DNA of 25,784 nucleotides from Planctomycetota bacterium. GTDB taxonomy: Bacteria > Planctomycetota > PLA2 > JAEUHO01. Both the position numbers and the translations under genes were made by a program. Shown here in pieces: positions 15,459-25,482 of this stretch; within the stretch, counting starts at the first letter, position 1, and each line of letters begins with the position of its first letter. The stretch lies in the NCBI GenBank assembly GCA_050248855.1, contig JBFWRP010000042.1:1-25784 (forward strand). Direction: 5' to 3'. The notes under the pieces were generated by a model. The model saw only the letters and a program-made list of their open reading frames with translations. It did no database searches and had not been told where the DNA came from.

Positions 15459-18400
15459 CTACACATCTCCGCGCCTTGCGGTCTTCGCAAATCGGTCGAA
15501 GAGCCAATCGAGGAAGTACCGGGCGAAGTCCTGGTCGTCAGTGACGCGCTTGTAGAACTGGAAGTTGGTCTCGACCATGTCTTGGAGTTCGTCGGTCACG
15601 ACGTGGTCGAACGTCAGCCGGGCATTGGCGGGCGTGTTCGCCCGCAGGGCCGCCTGGAGCGCCTCGTTGGATGCCAGGTGCTCCTCCAGGGCCTGGATGG
15701 TCACCTTGTCCTCCTCGCTGAAGCTCGTACCGAAGCGCTCGTTCAGCTCCTGGATGATCCGGGAGAGCGGCTCGATCTCCGCGACGGGAGGGGTGTGCCC
15801 GCCGGTCCCCTGGATGGGATCGACCTGCGCCTCGCCGCGCCCCAAGCCGATCGGCCCCTGGAAGGTCGTGGTGATCCGGTAGGACTCCATGTCCACGTTC
15901 TCCTGCACCTCGCGGGGAAGCTGCTCCTTCGTCACGGGCAACAGGCGGCGGAGCATGCGACCGAAGAGGTAGAGCCGCTCGAGCTCCGCGTCCGCGAACG
16001 TGAGGATCTGGGAGAGGAACGCGTACAGGCGAACGTAGTCGGTGAGCTTGCCGCGGAACGCGGTCTGATCATCCTCGTCGAGGTCCTCGTAGCGCGCCAG
16101 CGGCGAGCGCAGCACCGCGTACACCTGCTCCTGCCGGGACTTCGGGTTGAACCAGACGGAGGCGAACTCGTCCAGATCCGAATCCGTGTAGACATCCGCC
16201 TCGTCCACGTCGTGCTGGATGTCGTAGAGCAGGTTTGGGTCCGTGGACTCCGAGAGCAGCGTCTTCTCGTAGTAGGGCTGGAACGCTTCCTGGATGACGT
16301 CCGCCTCATTGGCGAAGTCGAGGACCAGCGTCTCCTCCTTGTCCGGATGCGTGCGGTTGAGGCGCGAGAGCGTCTGCACGGCGTTCACGCCGCCCAGCTT
16401 CTTGTCCACGTACATGGTGTGGAGCAGGGGCTGGTCGAACCCGGTCTGGAACTTGTTGGCGACGACGAGGAAACGGTACGCCGGCTGCTCGAAGGTGGCC
16501 GCGGTCTTGGACTCGGAGATGCCATTCATCCCCGACTCGGTGAAGTCCACGCCGCCGTCGCGGACGGTCCCCGAGAACGCCACGAGCGCCTTGTAGGGCA
16601 TCCCCCTCTCGCGGAGGCAGCGGTCGAGTTCCTGGCGGTAGCGGACGGCGTGGAGCCGAGAGCGCGTCACGATCATCGCCTTCGCGCGTCCCGCGATCCG
16701 GTGCGCGCTGTGCGTGTGGAAGTGCTCCACCATGATCTCGACCTTCTTGCGCACGGCATGCTCGTGAAGGTCCACGAAGGAGCGCAGCAGGTAGCTCGCC
16801 TTCGTGCGGTCGTAGCGCGGGTCGTCCTCGGCCGTCTTGAGGAGCTTCCAGTAGACATGGTGGGTGGTGTAGTTGGCGAGCACGTCGAGGATGAACTTCT
16901 CCTCGATCGCCTGTCGCATCGAGTAGAGACTGAACGGCTCGAAACGTCCATCCGGCCGGCGTGCCCCGAAGAGCTCCAGCGTCTTGGACTTGGGCGTCGC
17001 CGTGAAGGCGAAGGTCGAGACGTTGGGCTGCGGCCCGCGCTTCTTCATCTCTGCGACGAGCCGGTCCTCCACGTCCTCGGGTTCGTGCTCCTCCTCCCTC
17101 TCCGCCTCGGACAAGTCGCCGGACGCGAGGACGGACTTCAGGCTCTTGGTGCTCTCCCCGGACTGGGAGGAGTGGGCCTCGTCGACGATCACCGCGAAGC
17201 GGTGACCGGGCAGCGCGCCCATCTGCTCGGCGATGACCGGGAACTTCTGGAGCGTCGAGACGATGATCGTCTTGCCGGCTTCGAGGGCCTCCTTGAGCTG
17301 CCGGGAGGTCTTGTCGATGTTCTCGACCACGCCGAGCGTCTGCTCGAACTGCTTCACCGTCCGCTGGAGCTGGCGGTCGAGGATGCGGCGGTCGGTGATC
17401 ACGACGATCGTGTCGAACACCCGCTGGTCCCTGGCGTCGTGAAGCACCGAGAGCTGGTGGGCGAGCCAGGCGATGGAGTTGCTCTTGCCGCTGCCGGCCG
17501 AGTGCTGGATCAGGTAGCGGTGGCCCGTGCCGTGGTCACGTGCGTCCCGGACCAGGCGCCGCACGGCGTCGAGTTGGTGGTAGCGCGGGAAGATGAGGGC
17601 GGTCTTGCCCGTCTTCTTGCCCTTGTCGTCGAAGAGCTCGACCTCATGGATGAAGTGCTGGAGGAGGTCGAGCACGCTGTCCCTAGCCCATATGCCACTC
17701 CAGAGGTAGGAGGTGGAGTAGCCCTCGAGGACGGGTTCGTTGCCGGCGCCGCCGAACTTCCCCCGGTTGAACGGAAGGAAGCGGGTGCTCCGGCCCGTGA
17801 GGCGGGTGGCGACCGCGACGAGGTCCGGGTCCACGGCGAAGTGCGCCAGGCAGCGGCCGAAACGGAAGATCGGCTCCTTGGGGTCGCGATCGGTCCGGTA
17901 CTGCTTGATCGCGTGCTGGACAGTCTGGCCGGTGAGGGGGTTCTTCAACTCGGCGGTGAAGACGGGCAGGCCGTTGAGGAAGAGGGCGACGTCGAGGCTC
18001 TGCTCGGTCTTCTCGCTGTACTTGAGCTGACGGACGACTGCGAAGAGGTTGGCGTCGTGGAGGCGCTGCAATTCCTCGTTGAGCCCCGAGGCAGGACGGA
18101 AGTAGGCGAGGCGGATGCGGACGCCACGGTCCTTGAGGCCGCGCCGGAGTACATGGAGCGTGCCGCGCTTCTCGATTTCGCGGGCGAGGCGGCGGAGGAA
18201 CTCCCCGCGGACCTCCCCGCCGTAGTGCTCCTTGAGCCGCGCCCACGACTTCGGTTGTGTCGCCTGGACGAAGTCGACAACATCGCGGGGGATGAGGCAC
18301 AGGGACCGGTCATACTCCTCGGGCTTACGGCGTCGGTAGCCCCCCGGCATGCCCTCCCCGAAGGCCGAGGCGACCTCGCGGACCATGCCCGCGCCCCCGG

Positions 18401-18479
18401 GGCAGGCGTCGGGGCCGCCCGCAAGAAGCGAGCACTCGATCGTCTCCTCGAAGCTGCGCTCGGAGATCTTAGGGCTCAT
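15459..18479 (-). CDS. hsdR: Type I restriction endonuclease subunit R
   Basis: LDVALFLNGLPVFTAELKN nuclease motif, QHSAGSGKS, DEAH, FTATP, KFQTGFD, QTLSRLNR. ATGA overlap with hsdS. Confidence 0.96.
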   Translation of the reverse strand: MSPKISERSFEETIECSLLAGGPDACPGGAGMVREVASAFGEGMPGGYRRRKPEEYDRSLCLIPRDVVDFVQATQPKSWARLKEHYGGEVRGEFLRRLAREIEKRGTLHVLRRGLKDRGVRIRLAYFRPASGLNEELQRLHDANLFAVVRQLKYSEKTEQSLDVALFLNGLPVFTAELKNPLTGQTVQHAIKQYRTDRDPKEPIFRFGRCLAHFAVDPDLVAVATRLTGRSTRFLPFNRGKFGGAGNEPVLEGYSTSYLWSGIWARDSVLDLLQHFIHEVELFDDKGKKTGKTALIFPRYHQLDAVRRLVRDARDHGTGHRYLIQHSAGSGKSNSIAWLAHQLSVLHDARDQRVFDTIVVITDRRILDRQLQRTVKQFEQTLGVVENIDKTSRQLKEALEAGKTIIVSTLQKFPVIAEQMGALPGHRFAVIVDEAHSSQSGESTKSLKSVLASGDLSEAEREEEHEPEDVEDRLVAEMKKRGPQPNVSTFAFTATPKSKTLELFGARRPDGRFEPFSLYSMRQAIEEKFILDVLANYTTHHVYWKLLKTAEDDPRYDRTKASYLLRSFVDLHEHAVRKKVEIMVEHFHTHSAHRIAGRAKAMIVTRSRLHAVRYRQELDRCLRERGMPYKALVAFSGTVRDGGVDFTESGMNGISESKTAATFEQPAYRFLVVANKFQTGFDQPLLHTMYVDKKLGGVNAVQTLSRLNRTHPDKEETLVLDFANEADVIQEAFQPYYEKTLLSESTDPNLLYDIQHDVDEADVYTDSDLDEFASVWFNPKSRQEQVYAVLRSPLARYEDLDEDDQTAFRGKLTDYVRLYAFLSQILTFADAELERLYLFGRMLRRLLPVTKEQLPREVQENVDMESYRITTTFQGPIGLGRGEAQVDPIQGTGGHTPPVAEIEPLSRIIQELNERFGTSFSEEDKVTIQALEEHLASNEALQAALRANTPANARLTFDHVVTDELQDMVETNFQFYKRVTDDQDFARYFLDWLFDRFAKTARRGDV

Positions 18480-19819
18480 CCCACTTCCCCCCGGATGTCG
18501 ATCTGGCCGGTCACGGCGGCCGAGATGAGGGCCGTGCGGTACTCCCTTACTCGGTCGGTAGCCTCTCGCATCTTGCCGATGATCCTCCCCAGCCGCGTTC
18601 GGTGGTTCAAGATGTGGTCGACGATGGCGGCTTGCTCTGACAATGTGGGAATGGGCGTGGCGAGTCTCTTGACGTCCGGCATGCCAATCGTCCGGACGGT
18701 TGCGCCCATCGTGACGCGCTCCAGCTCCTGCGTCATCGACCTCAATACGAACAAGAGGTACTCCGGTAGCATGCGCGATCCGCAAACCCAGCCGATGAAG
18801 TGCTGTGAAACCGCCATCCCCGCTCTCGTAATGGCGCAAAGCCCGATGCTGGCGTCGCGTGAGAACACGACGGTCCCTGCGGGAAGGATGTGCGCCGACG
18901 AATTGGCCAGCCCCGCAGAGGTTGTCATCGCCGCCGTGGTCTCGATGTAGTCGACCTCACGTAACTGACCGGTGTCCGCCAGAGATACCCAGGGGATATC
19001 GCCATCGCGCCAGTACGCTGCGACCTTCTTGTCCGGTGTGTGGCCACTCTCCATACGAGCCACCCACTTGATTCGATCCGAGTCCCAGTGCGCGGGGATC
19101 TCCCCCAGCCACTCCACGCCAGAATCCCTCATTGGCACGTGGGGGTCGAGCCCCTTGGTGACTGCCTGGGTGATGAGAGACGTCCGCTGCTCATCCAGCA
19201 GCTCAATCAGGCGCTCCTTCTTCGCGATCAGCGCGTCGATCTCGGCGGTCTCGCGATCGAGGAAGGCGGCAATCGCCTGCTGGTCGGCCAGCGGGGGGAT
19301 AGGAAGCGCCAAGCCCTTCAAGGCGCCGCCGTAGATGTGGTAGACGGTCATGCCGCGCCCTGTCGTAGCCTTCTGCGCGCGTGCCACTGAACTGTTCGTG
19401 GCGTATCCGAGGAACCTGGAGTCCAGCGCAGCGCGGGGGCGAAGGATAATGATGTCGCCGCCGCAGCGGGCGCCCGACTGAAGGAGGTTCACCGCGGACA
19501 TCCCTATCTCTTCGAGCGTTTCACCTGACGCTGCGAACAGCACGTCACCAGGGTGGATGGGCGTGTAGTCGGAAGCCCGGCCCGTTGGGATGTAGGAGCG
19601 GGGCTTCTCGATGAATCCGTCGTGAGTGGTGTAGAGATCGCCATAACGAACGCAGGGGATGCCCTCGAAGGCCTCGTCAGCCTTCGTCCCACCCCTACCC
19701 TTGGACAGCGTACCTAGCTGCCCTAGGCGCATGATGCTCCAGTGGACTGGGACTTCTGCGAGCCACGGCCAGCCGGTGTCCTTGTACTCCGCGTACTTGG
19801 GGAATCGCTGAGTGGTCAT
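18476..19819 (-). CDS. hsdS: Type I restriction-modification specificity subunit S
   Basis: Two TRDs with repeated conserved regions (KDTGWPWLAEVPVHW / RDSGVEWLGEIPAHW; IPPLADQQAI / IPTLSEQAAI; LISAAVTGQID). ATGA overlap at 19816-19819. Confidence 0.95.
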   Translation of the reverse strand: MTTQRFPKYAEYKDTGWPWLAEVPVHWSIMRLGQLGTLSKGRGGTKADEAFEGIPCVRYGDLYTTHDGFIEKPRSYIPTGRASDYTPIHPGDVLFAASGETLEEIGMSAVNLLQSGARCGGDIIILRPRAALDSRFLGYATNSSVARAQKATTGRGMTVYHIYGGALKGLALPIPPLADQQAIAAFLDRETAEIDALIAKKERLIELLDEQRTSLITQAVTKGLDPHVPMRDSGVEWLGEIPAHWDSDRIKWVARMESGHTPDKKVAAYWRDGDIPWVSLADTGQLREVDYIETTAAMTTSAGLANSSAHILPAGTVVFSRDASIGLCAITRAGMAVSQHFIGWVCGSRMLPEYLLFVLRSMTQELERVTMGATVRTIGMPDVKRLATPIPTLSEQAAIVDHILNHRTRLGRIIGKMREATDRVREYRTALISAAVTGQIDIRGEVG

Positions 19820-20736
19820 GACCACGGCCCTCCTGCCGGCCACGAGCTGGTGTAGGGCTCTCCGCTGACGAGAGCTCGCCACGGGGGTCCGAGAAACCCC
19901 AGCAGCACCTCGCCTGCCTGCGCGAGATCGACGGGCGCACCGGGGAGGCGGTTGCGCTCGAGGTACGCGCGCCACTGGGTGGCCCGCTGGGCATCTGCGT
20001 AGAAGCGGGGCGCCAGCGCGGCCGGGAGCGTCGAGTCGATCGGAGTCCGCCGCCGCTCGAAGGTCGCGGCGATCGCCTTTGTGAGGCGCGCCCCGTCGAA
20101 AGCAAACCGCTGCGCCAGTACGTAGAGATCGTAGAAGTCCTTCTGGCGGCTGTTGCGCTCCCCCAGGACGACCATCGCGTGAAGCTTCTCCGCCACGACC
20201 GCCTCGTGGGGGTAGGTGCGGATGCGCGGCGCCGGGGCATCCAGGAGCGTGGGGTACTCGGCCTCCACCGCGCCGGGGACGATGGCGTTCCCGAAGCCAA
20301 TATCGACCTGCATGCGGATCGGGCCGGCGGTCCCGAGCCAGGCGTCGAACACGACACGCAGGCCTCCGTACTCCACCTCGTCCCGGATCGGCTCGGCCGT
20401 GAGCGTCGAAGCGTCGAAGGTCACCCCGTCGTCCGTCACGGGCTGCACGCAGATCGTCCGGAAGCGGTCCAGGACCGCATCGAGGTCGTCGCTTCCGTAG
20501 CCCGTGAAGTCGAGGTCCCGAGTCGGGCGATAGAGTGATCCGCCCCACAAGGCGAAGAGCATCGCACCCTTGAGAACGAAGTCCTCGCGGTGCGGTGACT
20601 CGCCGACCCGGTAGAGGAACCGCTCCGCGCAGTAGCGCTGAAGCACGAACTGGACGTCCTCTTCGCGCTCGCGCGCGCCGTTGAGCAGGCGGCGGTGGAT
20701 CGACGCCGGGAGGTTGGTCGGCGGACGGCGGGCCAC
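19816..20736 (-). CDS. abiEii: AbiEii/AbiGii nucleotidyltransferase toxin (type IV toxin-antitoxin)
   Basis: FVLKGAML...RPTRDLDF, QVDIGFG, EKLHAM...NSRQKDFYD. Confidence 0.92.
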   Translation of the reverse strand: MARRPPTNLPASIHRRLLNGAREREEDVQFVLQRYCAERFLYRVGESPHREDFVLKGAMLFALWGGSLYRPTRDLDFTGYGSDDLDAVLDRFRTICVQPVTDDGVTFDASTLTAEPIRDEVEYGGLRVVFDAWLGTAGPIRMQVDIGFGNAIVPGAVEAEYPTLLDAPAPRIRTYPHEAVVAEKLHAMVVLGERNSRQKDFYDLYVLAQRFAFDGARLTKAIAATFERRRTPIDSTLPAALAPRFYADAQRATQWRAYLERNRLPGAPVDLAQAGEVLLGFLGPPWRALVSGEPYTSSWPAGGPWS

Positions 20737-20738
20737 GG

Positions 20739-21341
20739 CTACAGCGCCTCCAGGTAGGTCCGCATGACCGTACGGGCCCGGCACATCTCCGCGGCGCGCG
20801 TGATTTCGTCCACCGTCGCCTTGCGGGTGCGGAGCGCACTGCGCAGCGCCTCCAGGGCAACGTCAAGACCGATCTTGTTGCGGTATCGGAAGCAGTCGAC
20901 GACCGTGCGCGCCGGAGACGTCACCAGCGCGGGCACGCCGACGATGGGGCGTGTCTCGACGCCGTAGGTGAGCATGGCGCCGGAGAACCGCACGATCCGG
21001 ACCTTCGCGGGCAGGCGGGCGGGCTTGCGGGCCTTGCGGTCGATGGCGAGCCAGACCTCGTGCGGGGCCTGGGTGCCGATGTCGTGGAGGCGCAGGGCGG
21101 AGAGGAGGCAGAGGATGCCGCCCGGGACGGCGGAGGCGACCATGGCCAGGGTCTCGAACTCGCTGGGCTCGGCCGCCACGAGTCGGTAGAGCCCCCGGGC
21201 CACCTGCTCCACCTCGCCGGCCGCGACCAGGCGCTGGAGCGCCGAAAAGTCGATCTCCAGGGGCTCCAGGTCGCGGGGGCGGAAGAACGCACCGATGCCG
21301 GCGGCCTTGAGGCGGGCGGGGGTGAGGGTGGGGGCGGCCAC
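20739..21341 (-). CDS. abiEi: AbiEi antitoxin / transcriptional regulator (type IV toxin-antitoxin)
   Basis: LQRLVAAGEVEQVARGLY, CLLSALRLHDIGTQAPHEVW, SPARTVVDCFRYRNKIGLDVALEAL. Confidence 0.92.
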   Translation of the reverse strand: MAAPTLTPARLKAAGIGAFFRPRDLEPLEIDFSALQRLVAAGEVEQVARGLYRLVAAEPSEFETLAMVASAVPGGILCLLSALRLHDIGTQAPHEVWLAIDRKARKPARLPAKVRIVRFSGAMLTYGVETRPIVGVPALVTSPARTVVDCFRYRNKIGLDVALEALRSALRTRKATVDEITRAAEMCRARTVMRTYLEAL

Positions 21342-21347
21342 GGGGGG

Positions 21348-21385
21348 AGTCTAGCAGACGTCGGCACTTAGGCCCAAGTGCCGAC
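21348..21385 (-). promoter_or_regulatory. abiE promoter with inverted-repeat operator
   Basis: Extended -10 TGcTAGACT, 6 nt before the GTG. Perfect 10-bp arms GTCGGCACTT-N6-AAGTGCCGAC (21360-21385) cover the -35 region. Confidence 0.7.
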
Positions 21386-21401
21386 CTTTAGTAGCCGTAC
21401 C

Positions 21402-23468
21402 TTAGTCCGGGAGAACCGGCCCCCCGGCCACCTCCGCGAGCATGCGGACGATGTCCTTCTCGATCGACCGGATGTCGGCCTCGATCTCCCCCAGGGGGCG
21501 GGGCGGCACGTACTCGTAGAAGTAGCGGTTGAAGTTGATCTCGTAGCCGACGATGCCGACCTGGCCGTCCTGCTTGTCGCGCTTGCCCTGGTCGATCCAG
21601 GCGTCGGGGACGTGGGGGGCCACCTCGCGCGCGAAGTAGGTCTCGATAGACTCCTTGAGGGGGACGCTCTCCGTATCGCGAAGCTGCGTATCCGGCTCCG
21701 GGTGCCCGTCCTTGTCGCGGCAGATCTCGGCCTCCTCGTCCCGCTCCGAGAGGGCCGAGAGGATCGCCTTGAGGATCGGGGCGGGGAGCTTGAGGTCGGC
21801 GGCCTTGGCCGCGGATCGGAGGGCCTTGAGGAATGCGGGCCGGTCGCGGTAGAGCTTGGCCGGCAGGCCTTCGAGCAGTGAGCGGATCCGATCCTGCATC
21901 TCCCGACCGGCCTCGATGTCCGCCGCCTTGGCCTTGGGTTGCTTCTTCTTGCTCGTGGCCAGGACCTTGAACGCACGCTCCTCGTCCAGGCGCGCGATGC
22001 GCTCGGTGGACGCCTGGAAGTTCAGCCGCAACGGTCGCTCGACCGTGATCTTGCGGAAGCCGAACTGGGTCGTCGGGAAGACCTTGGCGTGCTCACCCTC
22101 CCCGAACTCGCGAAGGAGAGTGACGATCTCACGTGCACGGTCCGAGGGCACCTCGCGGCGCTTGTTCCCAAGGCTCTTTCGCATCTGGGTCCAGAACGAC
22201 GTGGCGTCCACGAGGAGCACCTTGCCTGCGCGCTCCTTGGGCTTGCGGTTGGAGAGCACCCAGATGTAGGTGGCGATACCCGTGTTGTAGAAGAGCTGCT
22301 CCGGCAACGCGATCAGCGCCTCCAGCCAGTCGTTCTCCAGGATCCAGCGGCGGATCTCGCTCTCCCCGCTGCCCGCGTCGCCGGTGAAGAGCGGCGAGCC
22401 GTTCATGATGATCGCGACCCGGGAGCCGCCCTTCGCGGCTGGGGCCATGTGCCCCAGCATGTGCAGGAGAAAGAGGAGTTGGCCGTCGCTGATCCGCGGG
22501 AGGCCGGTACTGAAGCGACCTGCCGAGCCGCGCTCGGCCTCGGTCTTGACGGCGTCCTCGTCGCGCTTCCAGTCCTTCCCATAGGGAGGGTTGGCGATCA
22601 GGTAGTCGAAGGCCCGACCGGCGTGGCGATCCACAGCGAGCGTGCTGCCGAAGAGGATGTTCTCCGCGTCGCGCCCGTCCGCGCTCTTCATGAACAGGTC
22701 GGCCTTGCAGATCGCGAAGGTCTCGGGATTGACCTCCTGCCCGAAGAGGTGGACGTCGGCCTGCGGGTTGATCGCGGGCCGGTCGCTGTCCCCGAGGATG
22801 TGGTCCTTGGCGATCGTGAGCATGCCGCCCGAGCCGCAGCATGGATCACAGACGGTGATGACTAGGCCCTTCTTCTTGAGGCGGGCCTCGTCGCCGCTAA
22901 GGAGCAGCGAGACCATGAGGTGCACCACGTCCCGCGGCGTGAAATGCTCGCCGGGGTTCTCGTTCAGTGCCTCGTTGAACTTGCGGATCAGCTCCTCGAA
23001 GATCGTCCCCATGGTCGGGTTGTCGATCAGGTCGGGGTGGAGCTCCACGCCCTTGAAGCGCTCGATCACCTTGAAGAGGAGCCCGGCCTCTTCCAACTTG
23101 CTGATCGTGTTGTCGAAGTCGAACTTCTCCAGGACCTCGCGCATGTTGGCGGAGAAGCCGGCGATGTAATTGCGCAGGTTCGACGCCAGGTTCGGGGCGT
23201 CGCCCAGCAGCTTCTCGAAGTCGTAGCGCGAGGTGTTGTAGAAGGCGTACCCGGAAGCCTTGCGGAGCTGGGGGTCGAGGTTCTCCAGCTTCCCGTGGTA
23301 TCTCGCGTTGGTCGCCAGGACCTTCGCCTTGGTGGGGGCCAGCACGCAGTCGATCCGGCGCAGGACGGTCAGAGGCAGGATGACATCCTGGTACTTGCCC
23401 CGCTTGAATGTGTCCCGGATGAGGTCGGCGACGCCCCAGATGAAGCTGACGATCTGGCTGTGGTTCAC
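21402..23468 (-). CDS. hsdM: Type I restriction-modification N6-adenine methyltransferase subunit M
   Basis: VSFIWGVADLIR, GEHFTPRDV, motif I DPCCGSGG, motif IV NPPY, GYEINFNRYFY. GTG start at 23468. The ORF-track extension to 25034 is spurious. Confidence 0.96.
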   Translation of the reverse strand: MNHSQIVSFIWGVADLIRDTFKRGKYQDVILPLTVLRRIDCVLAPTKAKVLATNARYHGKLENLDPQLRKASGYAFYNTSRYDFEKLLGDAPNLASNLRNYIAGFSANMREVLEKFDFDNTISKLEEAGLLFKVIERFKGVELHPDLIDNPTMGTIFEELIRKFNEALNENPGEHFTPRDVVHLMVSLLLSGDEARLKKKGLVITVCDPCCGSGGMLTIAKDHILGDSDRPAINPQADVHLFGQEVNPETFAICKADLFMKSADGRDAENILFGSTLAVDRHAGRAFDYLIANPPYGKDWKRDEDAVKTEAERGSAGRFSTGLPRISDGQLLFLLHMLGHMAPAAKGGSRVAIIMNGSPLFTGDAGSGESEIRRWILENDWLEALIALPEQLFYNTGIATYIWVLSNRKPKERAGKVLLVDATSFWTQMRKSLGNKRREVPSDRAREIVTLLREFGEGEHAKVFPTTQFGFRKITVERPLRLNFQASTERIARLDEERAFKVLATSKKKQPKAKAADIEAGREMQDRIRSLLEGLPAKLYRDRPAFLKALRSAAKAADLKLPAPILKAILSALSERDEEAEICRDKDGHPEPDTQLRDTESVPLKESIETYFAREVAPHVPDAWIDQGKRDKQDGQVGIVGYEINFNRYFYEYVPPRPLGEIEADIRSIEKDIVRMLAEVAGGPVLPD

Positions 23469-23675
23469 GGTGCGTGAGAGTCCTTCCGGGAGTATCGGGG
23501 CGCTGCCGGCGACCCGGCCGACGCGATCAGCGTACCGGCCACCCCCGGCCTCACCAACCTGCCGTCCGGCGGTGCCCATGGAGGAGTGGCTGTTTGGCGT
23601 TGACCGGGAGCCGATCGACCCCGACCATGCGACCGCCATGCGGGCGTCGAGTCGGTGTTCCGTCGCGGAGTGATC

Positions 23676-25151
23676 ATGGATCGTGCTGGCAGACGGAGGA
23701 ACCGAGGGCGGCATCGCGCGCTCCCGCGTGTGCACAAGTCCGCCCGCGCCGCGGCCGGCCACAGCCACACCGACGCCGGTCCTGACCAGATCGTGTGCCT
23801 GCTCTGCGGCGAGACGTACCGCGCCATCAACTACTGGCATCTCAAGCGGATTCACGGCTTTGAGGGGGAGCACCCTGTCCAGGACTACAAGGAGATGTAT
23901 GGGCTCCGCGTGGCGGCCTGCCAGGACGTGTGTGATCGACAAAGGGAGGTCCAGGTCGAGCGACACAAGAAGGCTGGCCGGCACTGGAGCAAGGCTCGAA
24001 TCATGCGCGAGATCCGACGCCGGCGTTCCGTGAAGCACGGCCTCGCCATGTCCCGCGTGCCGGTCGCGCTCGGCCTTGCAGCACGTCGGGCCTACGGGAG
24101 CTGGGAAGGCGCCGTTCGGGCTGCTGGCACGGACCCCGTGCCTCATCGCTTGCGCGGAACGTGGGACCGCGAGCGCGTCGTGGCCGAGATCGGTGAGTTG
24201 GCACGCCGCGGGGGGAGGCTCACGGGAACAGATGTTGAGCGTCACCATCCCGAGTTGCATGGTGCGGCGTTTCGTACACTCGGGAACTGGAGCACCGCGC
24301 TCCGTGCTGCGGGCCTGGACCCGAGCAGGCACCGCAAGGGCAAGAAGTGGACGATCGAGAGCGTAGCCGACTGGGTCCGTAGGACGCATGCCAAGGGCGG
24401 AGACATCCGCCAGACGGCGGCGCCCAACGGCGCCGCAGCGCGCGTGGCACACGAACTGGGGCTTCGGTGGAGTGCGTACGTCGAGTCGCTCGGCATTCCC
24501 TATCCGGGCCAGGTGAAGCGGCTCGATTGGACGAGGCGCACCGTGTTGGCCGAGATCCGGCGACTCCAACGGGCAGGCCTGCCGCTGAACGACCGGGCCA
24601 TGCGAGACCAGAGTCCAGGGCTCGTGCAGCAGGCTCGGCAGCGCTTCGGAAGCTGGGACGCAGCGCTTCGGGCAGTCGGCCTCGATCCGGCGCGGATCCG
24701 CCTCACGCGCGTCTGGACCAGGCAAGACGTTCTCGCCGCCATCCGCAAGCGCAAGAGGGCGGGCAAGTCCCTCCAGCGCAAGGCGGTATTCGCCGACGAT
24801 CCGCGCCTCGTGAAGGCGGCCGTGCGTCTCTTCCCGACGAGTTGGAACCGAGCGCTCGCGGCTGCGGGCCTCGGGGACGACCGTCACGGACGGGGCCCGG
24901 CGCGTCTCGGCCCACGCGGCCCGGACGGCACAATTGAGGGATGGCGGGACGTGATGCTCGTCGTGCTGCTCCGAGGCGTGAACGTCGGGGGTCACAAGAC
25001 GTTCCGGCCAGCTGAGCTCCCCCGAGAGCTCCATCTCCTCCGCGTCTTGAATGTCGGAGCGGCGGGGACGTTCGTCGTCAGGCGTGCGCCGGGGCGCCGG
25101 GCGTTGCGCGCCGAGATCGTCCGCCGCTTCCCTTCGACACGGAGATCGTGA
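23676..25151 (+). CDS. Ros/MucR-like zinc finger plus five homing-endonuclease-associated-like (W...GSWxxALxAAG) repeats; frame continues into the DUF1697 N-terminus
   Basis: IVCLLCGETYRAINYWHLKRIHG...YKEMYGL. Repeats end YGSWEGAVRAAG, LGNWSTALRAAG, LRWSAYVESLG, FGSWDAALRAVG, TSWNRALAAAG. GGAG RBS before ATG 23676. Confidence 0.75.
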   Translation: MDRAGRRRNRGRHRALPRVHKSARAAAGHSHTDAGPDQIVCLLCGETYRAINYWHLKRIHGFEGEHPVQDYKEMYGLRVAACQDVCDRQREVQVERHKKAGRHWSKARIMREIRRRRSVKHGLAMSRVPVALGLAARRAYGSWEGAVRAAGTDPVPHRLRGTWDRERVVAEIGELARRGGRLTGTDVERHHPELHGAAFRTLGNWSTALRAAGLDPSRHRKGKKWTIESVADWVRRTHAKGGDIRQTAAPNGAAARVAHELGLRWSAYVESLGIPYPGQVKRLDWTRRTVLAEIRRLQRAGLPLNDRAMRDQSPGLVQQARQRFGSWDAALRAVGLDPARIRLTRVWTRQDVLAAIRKRKRAGKSLQRKAVFADDPRLVKAAVRLFPTSWNRALAAAGLGDDRHGRGPARLGPRGPDGTIEGWRDVMLVVLLRGVNVGGHKTFRPAELPRELHLLRVLNVGAAGTFVVRRAPGRRALRAEIVRRFPSTRRS

Positions 25152-25482
25152 TCTGCGAGAGGCGCGAGGTCCGAGAGCTGGTCTCCCGGGACCCCTTCAC
25201 GAACCATCCGGAGCGCCCCGATGTCGTGCGCTTCGTCGGCACCCTCGCGCGAGCCCCGCGTGTGACGCCACAGATCCCGCTGCGTCTGCCATCGGGCGGT
25301 CCCTGGCTGGTCCGGGTCGTGGCGGGGAAGGACGTTTCCTGGTCGGCGTGCATCGGCGACAGAAGAAGGCGATCGGATGTCTCGGCACACTCGATCGCCA
25401 GTTCGGCGTGCCGATCACCGTCCGGAGCTGGGGCACCTTCCGCAAGATCGATGGGGTGCTCGCGGAGGACGAAGGCGGGTGA
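24954..25482 (+). pseudogene. DUF1697 family gene with two frameshifts
   Basis: MLVVLLRGVNVGGHK... shifts near 25130 to ...PFDTEIVICE...DPF... and shifts again near 25325 to ...FGVPITVRSWGTFRKI. Confidence 0.75.

Noticed and set aside
15582..18950. 1122-aa plus-strand ORF
   Set aside because: Antisense shadow of hsdR.
23469..25034. Long N-terminal extensions of HsdM (also HsdS to 20866 and HsdR to 18839) as novel fusions
   Set aside because: The extensions overlap real genes on other frames or strands. Family-typical N-termini and start/stop overlaps define shorter starts.
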